Origin: an uncultured virus (IMG/VR IMGVR_UViG_3300042453_005981)
Taxonomy: Duplodnaviria; Heunggongvirae; Uroviricota; Caudoviricetes
Length of the DNA stretch: 64,000 nt
Virus record (IMG/VR): IMGVR_UViG_3300042453_005981
Strand: one strand, 5' to 3'
Shown piece after piece: positions 9,868 to 20,400 of this stretch; positions within the stretch are counted from its first letter, which is position 1, and each line of letters opens with the position of its first letter. The notes under the pieces were generated by a model, which made no database searches, was not told where the DNA came from, and was given only the letters and a program-made list of their open reading frames with translations. The position numbers and the translations under genes are program-made.

Positions 9868-10809
9868 CTATGTAATTGTAAATAGGAAGTTCTCATTCAA
9901 TGGTGTGGATGGAGACATTCTGAAGAATCCTTCGGTAGTTCTTTCAATGATATCTGGAGTTAAATTTTGCACAGAAATTTTTAACAATGAATCAGGAATT
10001 AAGAATGATATTGGTCCTATTGTGCCAGTTAAATTGAATTCATTAAAAAAACCACCCAAAGAATATCCGAAAATATCAAATGCCGAAGTTATATGCTCTA
10101 CGATTTTGAAAGATACTCCCACTGATTTTACGCCAGTAGAAAAAGGTCTGTCATACCTATCTGCTTGCGCACAGTACATCAAGAAAAATTTTTGATCTAC
10201 TTCTTTTTCTATAGTAAATGAGAACTCAATTAAGTTTTCAAGTTGCGAACCATTTCTTTCAAAAAAACAATCGTACCAATCTACATTTCTATATAAGTTT
10301 GTGTCATCAGCAGGTATTGTGAGCGGATTTAAATTTGCAACATCAGTTTGACCCTTGATGCTTATACTTACATTTACTGGTCCATTTTTTTTTGCTGTAA
10401 TTGTTGTTTTTTCAACAACACATGTGTCAAAAACAAGTGAATTCGTACTATATACATAAGGATCACTTTCTGCTGTTAATGCGGCGTTATAAGGTAACAA
10501 AAAAGTGGTTAGTGTAACCAATGAATTATAATTTTGTCCAGAATTTAATAAGTCAATTATTCCAGACTGTAAAGCGTTAGACTCATTTATTCTCAAAGGA
10601 AAAGAAATGTTGCCATCAATAATTTTTTTACTTATACTAGCCACTGCTTTGCCAGGTCCACCTTGCATGTATGAGCTATCTAAGCTTATTTTCTGATTCA
10701 TTTGAACAGAATAATCTTGTGTTTTGATTGGGTAAGATCCATTTACAATTACAGGTGGTGATAAAACACCTGATAAAATAACTGATCTATCAAAATAGGT
10801 GGATGACAT
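9868..10809 (-). CDS. putative virion protein (tail-tube-like)
   Basis: IDGNISFP, FSFTIEKEV, beta-strand-rich pattern like tail tube proteins. Confidence 0.4.
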   Translation of the reverse strand: MSSTYFDRSVILSGVLSPPVIVNGSYPIKTQDYSVQMNQKISLDSSYMQGGPGKAVASISKKIIDGNISFPLRINESNALQSGIIDLLNSGQNYNSLVTLTTFLLPYNAALTAESDPYVYSTNSLVFDTCVVEKTTITAKKNGPVNVSISIKGQTDVANLNPLTIPADDTNLYRNVDWYDCFFERNGSQLENLIEFSFTIEKEVDQKFFLMYCAQADRYDRPFSTGVKSVGVSFKIVEHITSAFDIFGYSLGGFFNEFNLTGTIGPISFLIPDSLLKISVQNLTPDIIERTTEGFFRMSPSTPLNENFLFTIT

Positions 10810-11356
10810 CGTTTATCAAATTCTGAATCTTATCAGCATACTTAAAATCACCATTATTATCAGCTATGTTAGCTATTCTTACCCAATTTTTAACATAAGC
10901 TGTGGCTGGTTTATTATTCATTTTTGCAAGCATAGCAAATCCACTTCTGATTGCTGTCTCTAATGATTGAGGATCAGTGATTTCTTCAATGCTTACACCT
11001 TCTGGTAATCTTTCCCATTTAGTTTTTCGGGTCCTGTTATACTCTTCTTGTTGCAAAGTGTCTTGTTCAGTTGGATCACTTGACTCTGGAGAATCTTTTC
11101 TTTTTCCTTTTTTCCCTTCGCTCAATTCATCTTCAGGACCACCATACATTACCCATAAATCGTGTGCTAATTCTTCGGGATTTGTTCCAAAGTTGTTTTG
11201 TAAAAATGTTTTAAAATCAACATCCGCAAGTATTTTCCCCAAAGAATCTAGTGGTGAGTAAATAATTTTAAATGAAGGCGCAGGAGGTGCTTCAGGAGCA
11301 GGGGCTCCACCCATTGGCATTACACCAAGATCCTGAGATAATTTTATATTTTTCAT
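10790..11356 (-). CDS. hypothetical protein with C-terminal IAN.AD..G..KYAD helical motif
   Basis: 188-aa ORF, Pro/Ala-rich N terminus. Confidence 0.65.
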   Translation of the reverse strand: MKNIKLSQDLGVMPMGGAPAPEAPPAPSFKIIYSPLDSLGKILADVDFKTFLQNNFGTNPEELAHDLWVMYGGPEDELSEGKKGKRKDSPESSDPTEQDTLQQEEYNRTRKTKWERLPEGVSIEEITDPQSLETAIRSGFAMLAKMNNKPATAYVKNWVRIANIADNNGDFKYADKIQNLINDVIHLF

Positions 11357-11763
11357 TTCACATTAAAATCTGATCTGTGTTGTGGATTTCCTTCTGCTCT
11401 CATAACATCGGTGGGATGATAAAATGGATAGGTGTCAGAAAAAACATCTCCATCAAATTTTTTTTCTGTCATTTTGTTTAAAAAATCACCAATCTCATCT
11501 GTATTTCTAATCTCAAAAGGCTTTTGTTCACCTTCGCTTTCTGAAAAATCTTGAAATATTTTTGGCAAAGTTGCTTGAGATTCTCTATACATTCCTTTAC
11601 TTAAATCATTAATTTTTGATAAAACTAAAGAAGTAACATTTCCTGCAAGTCTAGTATTAGAAATTTCGTTTTTTACATCTGCAACAATCAAAGATTTTTC
11701 TCTGAGTGAGAGATTATTTAGTGTAACAGATTCAACAATATCTAAAATTTGGTTTTCATGCAT
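11353..11763 (-). CDS. hypothetical protein
   Basis: 136-aa ORF coupled to next gene by ATGA overlap; class B motif upstream (AGG at 11797). Confidence 0.65.
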   Translation of the reverse strand: MHENQILDIVESVTLNNLSLREKSLIVADVKNEISNTRLAGNVTSLVLSKINDLSKGMYRESQATLPKIFQDFSESEGEQKPFEIRNTDEIGDFLNKMTEKKFDGDVFSDTYPFYHPTDVMRAEGNPQHRSDFNVK

Positions 11764-11787
11764 ATTTAATTTTTAGTAAAATTGCAT

Positions 11788-12951
11788 TTAATAACCTTCT
11801 TTTATTTGATAACTTACATTAACATTATATAGGATTGAGTTAGGAAACCAATTAGACACACCAATACCTAAAATAAATGTATCAGATTTTTTAGATGAAT
11901 CTGAGATTGTGTTTAATTGAAGAATTAAACTTGAATTATCATAATTATCTTTGAAGAGAGGTGTGTATTTAGTTGGGTCGTTTTGAATTGGGTTTGTAAA
12001 CTTTGTCAATTTTAACGCCTTTGTAAATGAATCACTTGTATACCCATATTCAAAAGGCACATAGTAAACGGCTGTGTTATACGTAAGTGAGTTTGAATTA
12101 TCTAAATTTATTTTTATATTAAACGTTTGTCCTGGAAAATTATTTACAATGTTTCCTCTTGATAATATTACGCTGTTTGTGATTGCTTGAATCACATACA
12201 CCCCAGAATATGTATCGTCGTAATTAACATTGTTTATTAATATTGTTTTGCCTTTTGATGGGATAATTCCATTAAAACTACTTATAGAAATATTTGTGCC
12301 ATTGAATCCAGATGCATTGATAGTAAAATAATAATCAATATCATTAAAAAAAACATTGTTTGGTAATTCATACCATCTAAAATTATTTGGAATCGTCGCT
12401 CCTATTGATTGTGGCACTGCCAAAAAGTATTTTGAATGCGTGTTATCTTCAAAACTTACGTATACAAAATTTTGCACTCCAGATGATGGTAGTGTGTAAT
12501 TTAAGCTAGTTCCAAAGTAACTTGTCGTTAGCCCAGTTGGAAATGTTGAAGTTTTTGTATAGATATTGCCAGGATCATTAAAATTTTTAATATATTTGTC
12601 TCCAGCAATAAACGTGTCAGCATATATAGTTTGACCAGCACCTAGCTCATAGCTTTTTATTTTACAAAGCTCAACAATTGTTGGTTTGCTCAAGTTTGCA
12701 GATAAACCCTTAAAATTATATTCATTCAGATCAAAATTTGAAAAAGAAAAATTATTGCTAGATGAGTTGCTTATTAAATTACCATATTTTTCAAAACTAA
12801 CACCAATGGTTTTGGCTGTAAAATTTACAGTGGTAAAATACATTGGGTCAGAGGTGCTTATTCCTTCACGTTGCGTAGAATAAAAAATTAAATTATCATC
12901 TTGATAAGATGAGTTTGTGTTTGCATTTTTAAGAAGAATTCCATACGACAT
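11788..12951 (-). CDS. putative virion structural protein
   Basis: S/T/N-rich; GKTILINN...SGVYVI fibre-type motif. Confidence 0.5.
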   Translation of the reverse strand: MSYGILLKNANTNSSYQDDNLIFYSTQREGISTSDPMYFTTVNFTAKTIGVSFEKYGNLISNSSSNNFSFSNFDLNEYNFKGLSANLSKPTIVELCKIKSYELGAGQTIYADTFIAGDKYIKNFNDPGNIYTKTSTFPTGLTTSYFGTSLNYTLPSSGVQNFVYVSFEDNTHSKYFLAVPQSIGATIPNNFRWYELPNNVFFNDIDYYFTINASGFNGTNISISSFNGIIPSKGKTILINNVNYDDTYSGVYVIQAITNSVILSRGNIVNNFPGQTFNIKINLDNSNSLTYNTAVYYVPFEYGYTSDSFTKALKLTKFTNPIQNDPTKYTPLFKDNYDNSSLILQLNTISDSSKKSDTFILGIGVSNWFPNSILYNVNVSYQIKEGY

Positions 12952-14229
12952 TTATTGTATCACCGCTTGATCTTGCACTGCAAGCATGTTAGTATTATAT
13001 GAAAGACTCAAAGATAACCCCTCTACTACATTTTCAGTCCACGTAGGAGGTTTTATTGCCATACTGAAAATATCTGAATTTCTCAAATAATTATTGTTAA
13101 CTAATCTGGTATAAATGGTTACGCCAAGAACAGTATCTGAAGCCGCTCCTACTTGTCTAGCCCACAAAGATGGTGTATTTGTTACTGAGCTAATGTTCAA
13201 CGTTAAAAAATTAAAAAATACAGACGAATATAAATAATTTGATGACGTTACTGTTGCAGGGTTAACATACCAAATGACGTTTGATGATAAAGTTGTTAAA
13301 TCATATCCCACTTCAAAGAATTGATGTATAAAAACATAATCTGGATATATTGGCTGTATATAAACAAAGCCATTAACAATTTTAGTGATCAAATATAGTC
13401 CTGATGTTTTCCCCCCTAAAGATCCTGCGCCATCTGTTAAGACGTTTACTGCTACTACTTGATTTAGCTCTAAACTAACACTCGAAAATAAACTTGCATT
13501 TAATTTATTTTCAGAAAGTTCACTACTTAGTGTGATGCCATAATCTGCAGAGGTTAGTTTTAAATTTGCAGTTTGAGACACCCAAAAATATCCACTTGTG
13601 TTATACAATCCGTAAAATGAATCCCCGTATTGGTCACTGACTTTAACTCTTGTAAAAATATATGATTGGTTTTGAGTTAACAATGAATTTACGCTTGCTG
13701 TGTCGCTTGAATCATCATATACTGTTAAATTTATACCAGTTATAGTTGTAACTCTGTATATTTTATTTTCTGAGTTAGTGGTTTGATTTTTTAGCAAAAT
13801 TAAATCATTTAAATTTAATGTGTTTGACAATACAGAAGTATAACTGGCAATTTGATAATAGTTACTGCCTATTGCAGTAAGTGTTACGTTCGTACTTTTA
13901 TCTGTAGCTGAAACCAAAGGAAAAAAACATACTGTTGGGCTATTATAATTTAAAAACCTATAATCAAAGCCTCTGTCAAACCCATTCAAAGAATAATATG
14001 TGGAATTTCTGATAGAAGAAACATTTTTGTCATCAAATGACATCGAAAGTTCTAATGCATTTTGATTAGTTATAGTGAACAGAAATTGTTTATTCTGAAG
14101 ATTCATGTATGTGTTATTATCGCCATTATCAGAAATAGATAATAGCGATAATTTCGGCTCAATGACCGCATTATTTGCCACTTGATATAATCTCACATCT
14201 TGTGGCAAAGGTATATCGTTGTAGTTCAT
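12952..14229 (-). CDS. putative virion structural protein
   Basis: NDLILLKNQTTNSENKIY, matching the D.VLVKNQT...ENGIY motif of phage fibre/neck proteins. Confidence 0.55.
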   Translation of the reverse strand: MNYNDIPLPQDVRLYQVANNAVIEPKLSLLSISDNGDNNTYMNLQNKQFLFTITNQNALELSMSFDDKNVSSIRNSTYYSLNGFDRGFDYRFLNYNSPTVCFFPLVSATDKSTNVTLTAIGSNYYQIASYTSVLSNTLNLNDLILLKNQTTNSENKIYRVTTITGINLTVYDDSSDTASVNSLLTQNQSYIFTRVKVSDQYGDSFYGLYNTSGYFWVSQTANLKLTSADYGITLSSELSENKLNASLFSSVSLELNQVVAVNVLTDGAGSLGGKTSGLYLITKIVNGFVYIQPIYPDYVFIHQFFEVGYDLTTLSSNVIWYVNPATVTSSNYLYSSVFFNFLTLNISSVTNTPSLWARQVGAASDTVLGVTIYTRLVNNNYLRNSDIFSMAIKPPTWTENVVEGLSLSLSYNTNMLAVQDQAVIQ

Positions 14230-15584
14230 TTTCTTAATTTAAAAATGCTTGAAGCTGCAGCTGACAAAATAGATCTTTCCACTTTGTTCATTGTAATTGC
14301 TGCGGCAACTTCATGAGTTTTACTACCATTGATTGCATGAGCTAATCCACAAGAATTTTTATCAAGATACGGATTTTCTATTTGTGACATATCTCCTAAT
14401 AATATAACTTTAGAATTTTTCCCACATCTTTCAACAACCATTCTTGCTTCTTTAGGGCTTACATTTTCTGCTTCATCTAAGATGATAAAACTATTTGGAA
14501 TAGATCTTCCTTGAATAAAAGCCATTGCCTCCACTTCTATGATTCCTTCTTCAACCATATCTTCAAAGCTATTTCCTCCAAATTTTCCATCATACCCTTT
14601 AAAAGCTGTTAACTGTACAATGTTGTCTTTGATTGGACCCAGCCAAGCACTTACTTTTTCTAATTTAGAACCTGGCAAAAATCCAATTTCTTTGCCACCT
14701 ACGGCAACCATTGGTTTCATAACAATTATTCTATCATATTGTCCAAGATTTACTTTTTCTAGCCCCACTGCAATAGCCATTAAAGTTTTTCCGCTACCTG
14801 CTGGTCCACTTAAGCACACAAGAGGTATATTATCATTTGCCAACGCCTCAAGAGCAAATCTTTGCTCCATGTTCTTTGCAGTAATTCCCATGTAAGATTC
14901 TTTTTTCTTTTTGTCATCCATGAACTTAATTTCTCTTTCGTAAAACCAAGCTAACACAGACTGATTTCCAAATCTAAAACAAATAAATTCATTAGGATTT
15001 AAATTTTCTAATTGATCTTGGCAGACTAAATTTGAAATTTTGCATTCTTCTCTTTTTGACAAATATTCCCAATCTGACAATTCATTTATAGAAACAATTC
15101 TATAACCCTCAAAAAAGTTTTTCTCTGATAACAAATCACTTTTGTAATTTTCAGCAACGCAACCCCAAGATATCGCCCTTACTCTTAATCCAGTGTCTTT
15201 GGAAACCACTACTACTTTTCTTTTTGGATTTGCGGCTTTTAATGAAATTGCCGAGTCAATAATTGCATTATCAGAGTTCACTCTAGTAATAGATGGTTTT
15301 TCATTTCTCATTAAAGGTGCTTCATTGTTATAAATAAAAAGTTTGCCACCTTTTTCATTTATCACCACTCCTTTAGTCATTTGTTGAATATCATATTGAT
15401 CTAAATTTCTAAAAACTTCTCTAGCCGCCCATCCTGCGGTTTCTTTTCTTGTTTTAATTTCATCTAAATCATCAATGCAAGCCAGAGGAATGTAAATATC
15501 ATTTTCTTCAAATTTGTAAATACAATCTGGATCGTGCAATAATACGCATGTGTCAATTACGAAGATGTGTTTGGGTTTTGCCAT
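14226..15584 (-). CDS. phoH: PIN-domain PhoH family protein (PhoH2/YlaK type)
   Basis: N-terminal VIDTCVLLHDP PIN domain, GPAGSGKT, IGFLPG, QGRS, DEAEN, GD.SQI. Confidence 0.93.
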   Translation of the reverse strand: MAKPKHIFVIDTCVLLHDPDCIYKFEENDIYIPLACIDDLDEIKTRKETAGWAAREVFRNLDQYDIQQMTKGVVINEKGGKLFIYNNEAPLMRNEKPSITRVNSDNAIIDSAISLKAANPKRKVVVVSKDTGLRVRAISWGCVAENYKSDLLSEKNFFEGYRIVSINELSDWEYLSKREECKISNLVCQDQLENLNPNEFICFRFGNQSVLAWFYEREIKFMDDKKKKESYMGITAKNMEQRFALEALANDNIPLVCLSGPAGSGKTLMAIAVGLEKVNLGQYDRIIVMKPMVAVGGKEIGFLPGSKLEKVSAWLGPIKDNIVQLTAFKGYDGKFGGNSFEDMVEEGIIEVEAMAFIQGRSIPNSFIILDEAENVSPKEARMVVERCGKNSKVILLGDMSQIENPYLDKNSCGLAHAINGSKTHEVAAAITMNKVERSILSAAASSIFKLRK

Positions 15585-15631
15585 ATTTTTTACCTTCTGT
15601 TATAATTTGAGAAATGAGTGCTAACCCTCCT

Positions 15632-16477
15632 TTAAAGTTTATCAAGGAAATCAGCTGCATTTTCATCGAATTTTGTTGAAAATAACTTTAAATTTTGCAA
15701 GTATTCCAATACTTTTCTGTCTTTATCGATAGCTTCATTAACTTTTTTTGTTTTTAAAACATTATTATTTTTTGAGACAAAAGTATCATTCAATATAGAC
15801 TGTATATCACTTTTGATGTTTTCTTTGTTCTCAAAGTACTTAGAAATGTCAGACGCTCTTGAAGATTCGATTAATATTTTATCATTAAATGTAAGCATAA
15901 TTGAATTATCATAAGCTACATTGGTGGTTGCCAAAGTCTTTGAAGGAACAAATAAACACACTAAAACAGAAAGTGAATCATCAGAGTACAGGTTGTGTGA
16001 AAGCTCTGCGAGTTCTTCTGACAAATTTATAACGTTCAAACATAATTCTAAGTTTGTGTCAAGTATTTTGAAGATCCATTCATAAACATCTTCTGAAGTT
16101 GTTGGTTTGTATAAGGGCTTTAAGTTCAAATCCGTTTTCCAGTCAGAAATTAAATCAAAAAGTTGGTTTCCTAGTTTAGAAGCTAGAGAATTTTTATCAA
16201 ACCAATTAAAATTATTATCATTAATACCTAAAGAGACATTGGTTTCTTTTGAGTTATCTTCAATCAGTTTTTGTTTGCTTTTCATTAAAAACTTAAAGTC
16301 TTCATCTTTTCCGCCATAGTCTGGATGATATTTACGAGCTAATTTTCTGAAGTTTGCTTCCACCAACTTACACAATTCTTGTTTATTTACATTGTCATTT
16401 TTAATTGGAATGTCATTTTTTTCTATCTCCAAAAAATCTAAATATAGTTGATTATCAATGTAAAATTTTTCAATCAT
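15632..16477 (-). CDS. J-domain protein with unknown C-terminal domain
   Basis: FRKLARKYHPDYGG..EDF. Confidence 0.75.
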   Translation of the reverse strand: MIEKFYIDNQLYLDFLEIEKNDIPIKNDNVNKQELCKLVEANFRKLARKYHPDYGGKDEDFKFLMKSKQKLIEDNSKETNVSLGINDNNFNWFDKNSLASKLGNQLFDLISDWKTDLNLKPLYKPTTSEDVYEWIFKILDTNLELCLNVINLSEELAELSHNLYSDDSLSVLVCLFVPSKTLATTNVAYDNSIMLTFNDKILIESSRASDISKYFENKENIKSDIQSILNDTFVSKNNNVLKTKKVNEAIDKDRKVLEYLQNLKLFSTKFDENAADFLDKL

Positions 16478-17048
16478 CTATAAATTGTACAGTTAAGCTT
16501 GAAAAATCTATAGTTAATTTAGTTTCATTCAAATCGAAGTAATTGAATTTATTTTTAATTAAGGTTTTTGACATTTTTTCAGCAAGATGAGGGTTTTTAA
16601 AATTCTTGAAAGATAATGATCTCAATTTTTTGTTGTCTAATTTATCTTCATTTTTTGTTAAAAGTAAATATTTAAAAAGATTGTTTTCAAAATCTCTAAA
16701 ATCATTTTTAAATGAAATCATTTCATTCAAAGAGAATTGATCATACAAATTGAATATAAATTCTTCAATTTTAATTTTTTTCTTTAAACCCAAGCATTGA
16801 AGCTGTATTTTTGAAAAAAAATCAATAGGTTCGCCATAAATTTGATGAAGAATTTCATTTTCAATCAGAAAAACACGAACTGGTTTATTTTTGATAAATT
16901 CAACCACCAATAAATCGCCCGATTTTACTTCATTTATAATCAAAGATAAAGGAGGTAAATTATTTGTAAATATAGTTTCTATCACTGTTGAAAAAGGATA
17001 GCTAATTTTCTTATAAGTTTTATTAATCAAACATTTGAATTCATGCAC
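16470..17048 (-). CDS. hypothetical protein
   Basis: 192-aa ORF in overlapping operon. Confidence 0.6.
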   Translation of the reverse strand: MHEFKCLINKTYKKISYPFSTVIETIFTNNLPPLSLIINEVKSGDLLVVEFIKNKPVRVFLIENEILHQIYGEPIDFFSKIQLQCLGLKKKIKIEEFIFNLYDQFSLNEMISFKNDFRDFENNLFKYLLLTKNEDKLDNKKLRSLSFKNFKNPHLAEKMSKTLIKNKFNYFDLNETKLTIDFSSLTVQFIDD

Positions 17049-17577
17049 TGATAATATTATTCACTATGTTATCGTCATATTCATTCAAGTACGAACTAGA
17101 TTTACTCCATTTATACTTCCAAACTTGATTTAATTTATGACAAATTACTTTTGTTGTAATACATGACATATCATCTAAATGTGCAGCATTTGATTTCAAG
17201 AAATTTTTTCTTTCAATGCTCCTCAGATTTAAGTTGAAAAGTTTTTTGAACTTGTTTGGAAGATAATCAAAAAAGTCATCATTTTTATCAAAACACAATC
17301 TGCACAAATCAAACACAATCTCATATTCTATGTCTTCTAAAAAAGAATCTAAAAAATTTTCTTCAATTATTTCAAAGTATTTTTTATCCATTTCAACAAA
17401 ATGAAATTCATCCTTTGTTAAAAAATTTTTCACTTTAGACAATTTCAATCTAGTGTTTTTTTTAATAATAAATCTGGGTATACCAAAAAGATTTTTTTGT
17501 TTTGCTACACATGAAGCAATGAAATTTTCTGCTTCATGTTCATTCAATTCCTCTAAAATAACATTTAATTTATTCAA
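17041..17577 (-). CDS. hypothetical protein
   Basis: 178-aa ORF in overlapping operon. Confidence 0.6.
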   Translation of the reverse strand: MNKLNVILEELNEHEAENFIASCVAKQKNLFGIPRFIIKKNTRLKLSKVKNFLTKDEFHFVEMDKKYFEIIEENFLDSFLEDIEYEIVFDLCRLCFDKNDDFFDYLPNKFKKLFNLNLRSIERKNFLKSNAAHLDDMSCITTKVICHKLNQVWKYKWSKSSSYLNEYDDNIVNNIISA

Positions 17578-17807
17578 TTTATTTTTAATTCATCCACTGC
17601 TTGTTGAACGAATGGTGTTACCAAGCCATAATCGTCGTGAATTCGCACATGATTTAGCCTTCCGTGTTTTTCTTTTAAAATTTCTATCACTCTGTTGATA
17701 AAAAAAGTTAACTGTCTTGCCGAAGGAAACTCTTCTTTTATTGAAAGGTATTTCCTTTGGATAAGTTTTGATGCTATATATCTTATCAACTTTTCTTCAA
17801 AATTCAT
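17574..17807 (-). CDS. hypothetical protein
   Basis: MNFEEK start overlapping upstream stop (ATGA). Confidence 0.55.
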   Translation of the reverse strand: MNFEEKLIRYIASKLIQRKYLSIKEEFPSARQLTFFINRVIEILKEKHGRLNHVRIHDDYGLVTPFVQQAVDELKIN

Positions 17808-18007
17808 TTTACCATTCTTACCCAAGCTACATTTTGAGATGGGACATTTAATAAGGTGATTTTAAAATTCGCATCTTCAAAGATTGTGTGGTGATCTTTT
17901 GTGATCATTAAAAAACCTTTGATTGATGGCAGCATTTTGTTTGGATTGTAAATTTCAATAATCCATTCACCGTATCCTCTATTTAAAGGTATCATTTCGT
18001 TTCCCAC
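17804..18007 (-). CDS. hypothetical protein
   Basis: GTG start with class B motif (AGG at 18042, -35). Confidence 0.55.
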   Translation of the reverse strand: MGNEMIPLNRGYGEWIIEIYNPNKMLPSIKGFLMITKDHHTIFEDANFKITLLNVPSQNVAWVRMVK

Positions 18008-18069
18008 AAATTAATATTTAAGCTAATAAAAGTTTAATGCCTTGCGTATATTGAAATAAGAAACAAATT

Positions 18070-19509
18070 ATGAGAAAAAAAGACTCTAAAACTGAAAATT
18101 GTACTATTTGTGCAGCTCCTGTAGATCCATCCAACGCATTTGTGTTTTATTTTAACAATCAAGAACACTTTTTCTGTGAATCTCATGAAAGACCATTCAA
18201 AATGGGCATTGATATTGGTCAAATAGAAATGAACTCAAAGTTTATATCTTTTATCTCTGATTTACCAGACCCTACCCCTAAAAATGAATTAAAATCTGCA
18301 TTAAGGCAATTCATTCCTATGACAAAAATGCAAGATCCAGAATTCAAGGAAAAAGAAAATTTTATATTATCTACAAAAATTTCTAGCCCCAAACAACTGT
18401 TCGATGAAATAGGTAAAACAGTAATTGGTCAAGATGAGGCTAGAAAAACTATTTCAGTTTCTGTAATCAACCATTTACAATTGCTAAACCAAGATGTGGA
18501 GCAAGTTACACAATCTGACAAGCATCATGTTTTAATGCTTGGCAAGTCAGGTTCAGGTAAAACTTTAATTGCAAATACTGTTGCAAATCTTTTCAATTTA
18601 CCATTTGCCGTAGGAGATGCTACAAATTACTCCCCTACTGGTTTTCAAGGATCTGATGCAGAGTCTATCATACATGATCTTTTGTTTAAAGCAGATATGA
18701 ATTTTGATTTAGCCGAGAGAGGGATTGCATTTATTGATGAAATTGACAAAATTTGTAGTTCAAATAAATCTTCTGGAAGGTATGAATCTTTTATTGGATC
18801 AACACAATCCACTCTATTGAAACTAGTAGAAGGCAAAACTATTAAAGTACCAAGCACAGTCTTGGGTGATGGACCTGGAGCGCCATATGACTGCAGCTCG
18901 GAAAGAGTGTTGTTCTTCTTAGGTGGCGCCTTTAATGGCTTATCAGAAATTCTTGCCAAAAAGATGGGAATGAAAGAAAGGTCTGTTGGATTTATCAAAA
19001 CACATGATGAAAAAAGTAAAGATATTGATGAAGCAATGAAGTCATATGAAATTTTTTCACAAGCTTCGCGTGAGGATATGGTAGAGTCTTTAATTGAATT
19101 TGGAATGCTTTCCGAACTAGTAGGAAGAATTCCATCGATAGTTGCTCTTAAGCCCTTGAGCAAAGAAGATTTAACAAAAGTTTTAGTTGAGTCCACTGTA
19201 TCTCCGTTAGAAAAACAAAAGTATATTTTTGAAAAATCTGGTTATAAATTGGAATTCACTGAAGAATTCATCAAAGCAACTGTAGAAAAATCTTACAAAT
19301 CAGCTGTTGGCACCAGGGCTCTTGATTCATATGTCAAAAAAGCTGTTAGCGCCGCTAGTTTTGATTTATTGTCTTTGATTAATGTGTCTGGGTCAAAAGG
19401 CACAGTACTTATCACAGATGAGTGTTTAACAAACCCTGCCGCTTATCAAACTAGTAAAATTCTTGTTGCCAGCAGTCCTGTGTCTTTTCAAAATTCATTA
19501 ACCATCTAA
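18070..19509 (+). CDS. clpX: ClpX-like AAA+ unfoldase
   Basis: VIGQDEA, GKSGSGKT, DAT...TGFQG, FIDEIDKI, LLKLVEG, GGAF.GL, VGF loop, ELVGRIP; N-terminal CxxC...C..H. Confidence 0.9.
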   Translation: MRKKDSKTENCTICAAPVDPSNAFVFYFNNQEHFFCESHERPFKMGIDIGQIEMNSKFISFISDLPDPTPKNELKSALRQFIPMTKMQDPEFKEKENFILSTKISSPKQLFDEIGKTVIGQDEARKTISVSVINHLQLLNQDVEQVTQSDKHHVLMLGKSGSGKTLIANTVANLFNLPFAVGDATNYSPTGFQGSDAESIIHDLLFKADMNFDLAERGIAFIDEIDKICSSNKSSGRYESFIGSTQSTLLKLVEGKTIKVPSTVLGDGPGAPYDCSSERVLFFLGGAFNGLSEILAKKMGMKERSVGFIKTHDEKSKDIDEAMKSYEIFSQASREDMVESLIEFGMLSELVGRIPSIVALKPLSKEDLTKVLVESTVSPLEKQKYIFEKSGYKLEFTEEFIKATVEKSYKSAVGTRALDSYVKKAVSAASFDLLSLINVSGSKGTVLITDECLTNPAAYQTSKILVASSPVSFQNSLTI

Positions 19510-19545
19510 AAGGATGTTGAGTTTATTGACTATAATATATAATTA

Positions 19546-19827
19546 ATGGGCGGTATTTTCAAAAAATCACAAACTGACAGTGGTCAACCTGAAACAATAA
19601 ACATAGGAACTGGTAATTTTCCATTACCGCCTATGACCAAAAAAGATATTTTGCTTTTCACAAGTAGAGCACCTGACATCGAGCAAATAGAGATATTTGC
19701 GCAAAGAATTAAAGAAAACAATCCAAATGCTAGTTCAGATCAGCTTGCTGCAATGCTTGAAGAAAAAATAAAACAAGTTTATGGAAAATTTATAGATGAT
19801 TGGAGTAAAAAATTTAATTTAAAATAA
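19546..19827 (+). CDS. hypothetical protein
   Basis: 93-aa ORF, class B motif (AGG 19511). Confidence 0.6.
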   Translation: MGGIFKKSQTDSGQPETINIGTGNFPLPPMTKKDILLFTSRAPDIEQIEIFAQRIKENNPNASSDQLAAMLEEKIKQVYGKFIDDWSKKFNLK

Positions 19828-19828
19828 A

Positions 19829-20380
19829 ATGATAAACCAAGCAAATAATTTTTTTTCAGAAATAGAGTATTATGAATCACGAGGCAATTATGTACTTGCT
19901 GACAAACTCACAAAAAGTTTTTTAAAAATTGCTTATCAGGCTAATATTTCCGATATTGGAAAAGATTACTCCGAAGCTTTTGCAGATAAGTTTTCTTTAG
20001 ATGTTATTTATCATTATGCGAGCCTTATTCCAGAATGTTTAGAAGTATTAAAATCTGATCCAAATTTGCTTCCATTTTTAGCCAAAGATTACAAAGATTT
20101 AATTTACGAAAAAACACAATCTGGAAAAGATGTTGATTCTGCTGCTTATGAAGCTGCAGAAGAAATGGAAACATCTTATGAACAAAGAATGAACTTAGAT
20201 CAATTTATTAAAGGAGATAAAGATTTAGCATATGATTGTATAGAAAAAATATCTAAAATCTTTGGGCAAGAATCTAAAGAGTCTAAAAATTTGGATCCAG
20301 CAAATCCAGCTAATTCAAAAAATTCAACAAAAGTTACAACTCCTCCTTCAAGAGCTGTGCCTCCGATACCAGCTAAGTAA
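19829..20380 (+). CDS. hypothetical protein with N-terminal E.RG.Y..AD.L helical motif
   Basis: 183-aa ORF, Pro-rich tail. Confidence 0.65.
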   Translation: MINQANNFFSEIEYYESRGNYVLADKLTKSFLKIAYQANISDIGKDYSEAFADKFSLDVIYHYASLIPECLEVLKSDPNLLPFLAKDYKDLIYEKTQSGKDVDSAAYEAAEEMETSYEQRMNLDQFIKGDKDLAYDCIEKISKIFGQESKESKNLDPANPANSKNSTKVTTPPSRAVPPIPAK

Positions 20381-20400
20381 TTTTTTGTATAATTTAGATT

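Noticed and set aside
15616..15624. GAGTGCTAA, a perfect CIRCE half-site in a chaperone-rich window
   Set aside because: The partner TTAGCACTC arm 9 nt away is absent, and the site precedes phoH rather than a chaperone gene
18645..19196. Antisense or alternate-frame ORFs of 60-183 aa (e.g. 18645-19196, 41558-41992, 27464-27829, 14539-14895)
   Set aside because: They lie wholly within well-supported genes and show no motifs; shadow ORFs
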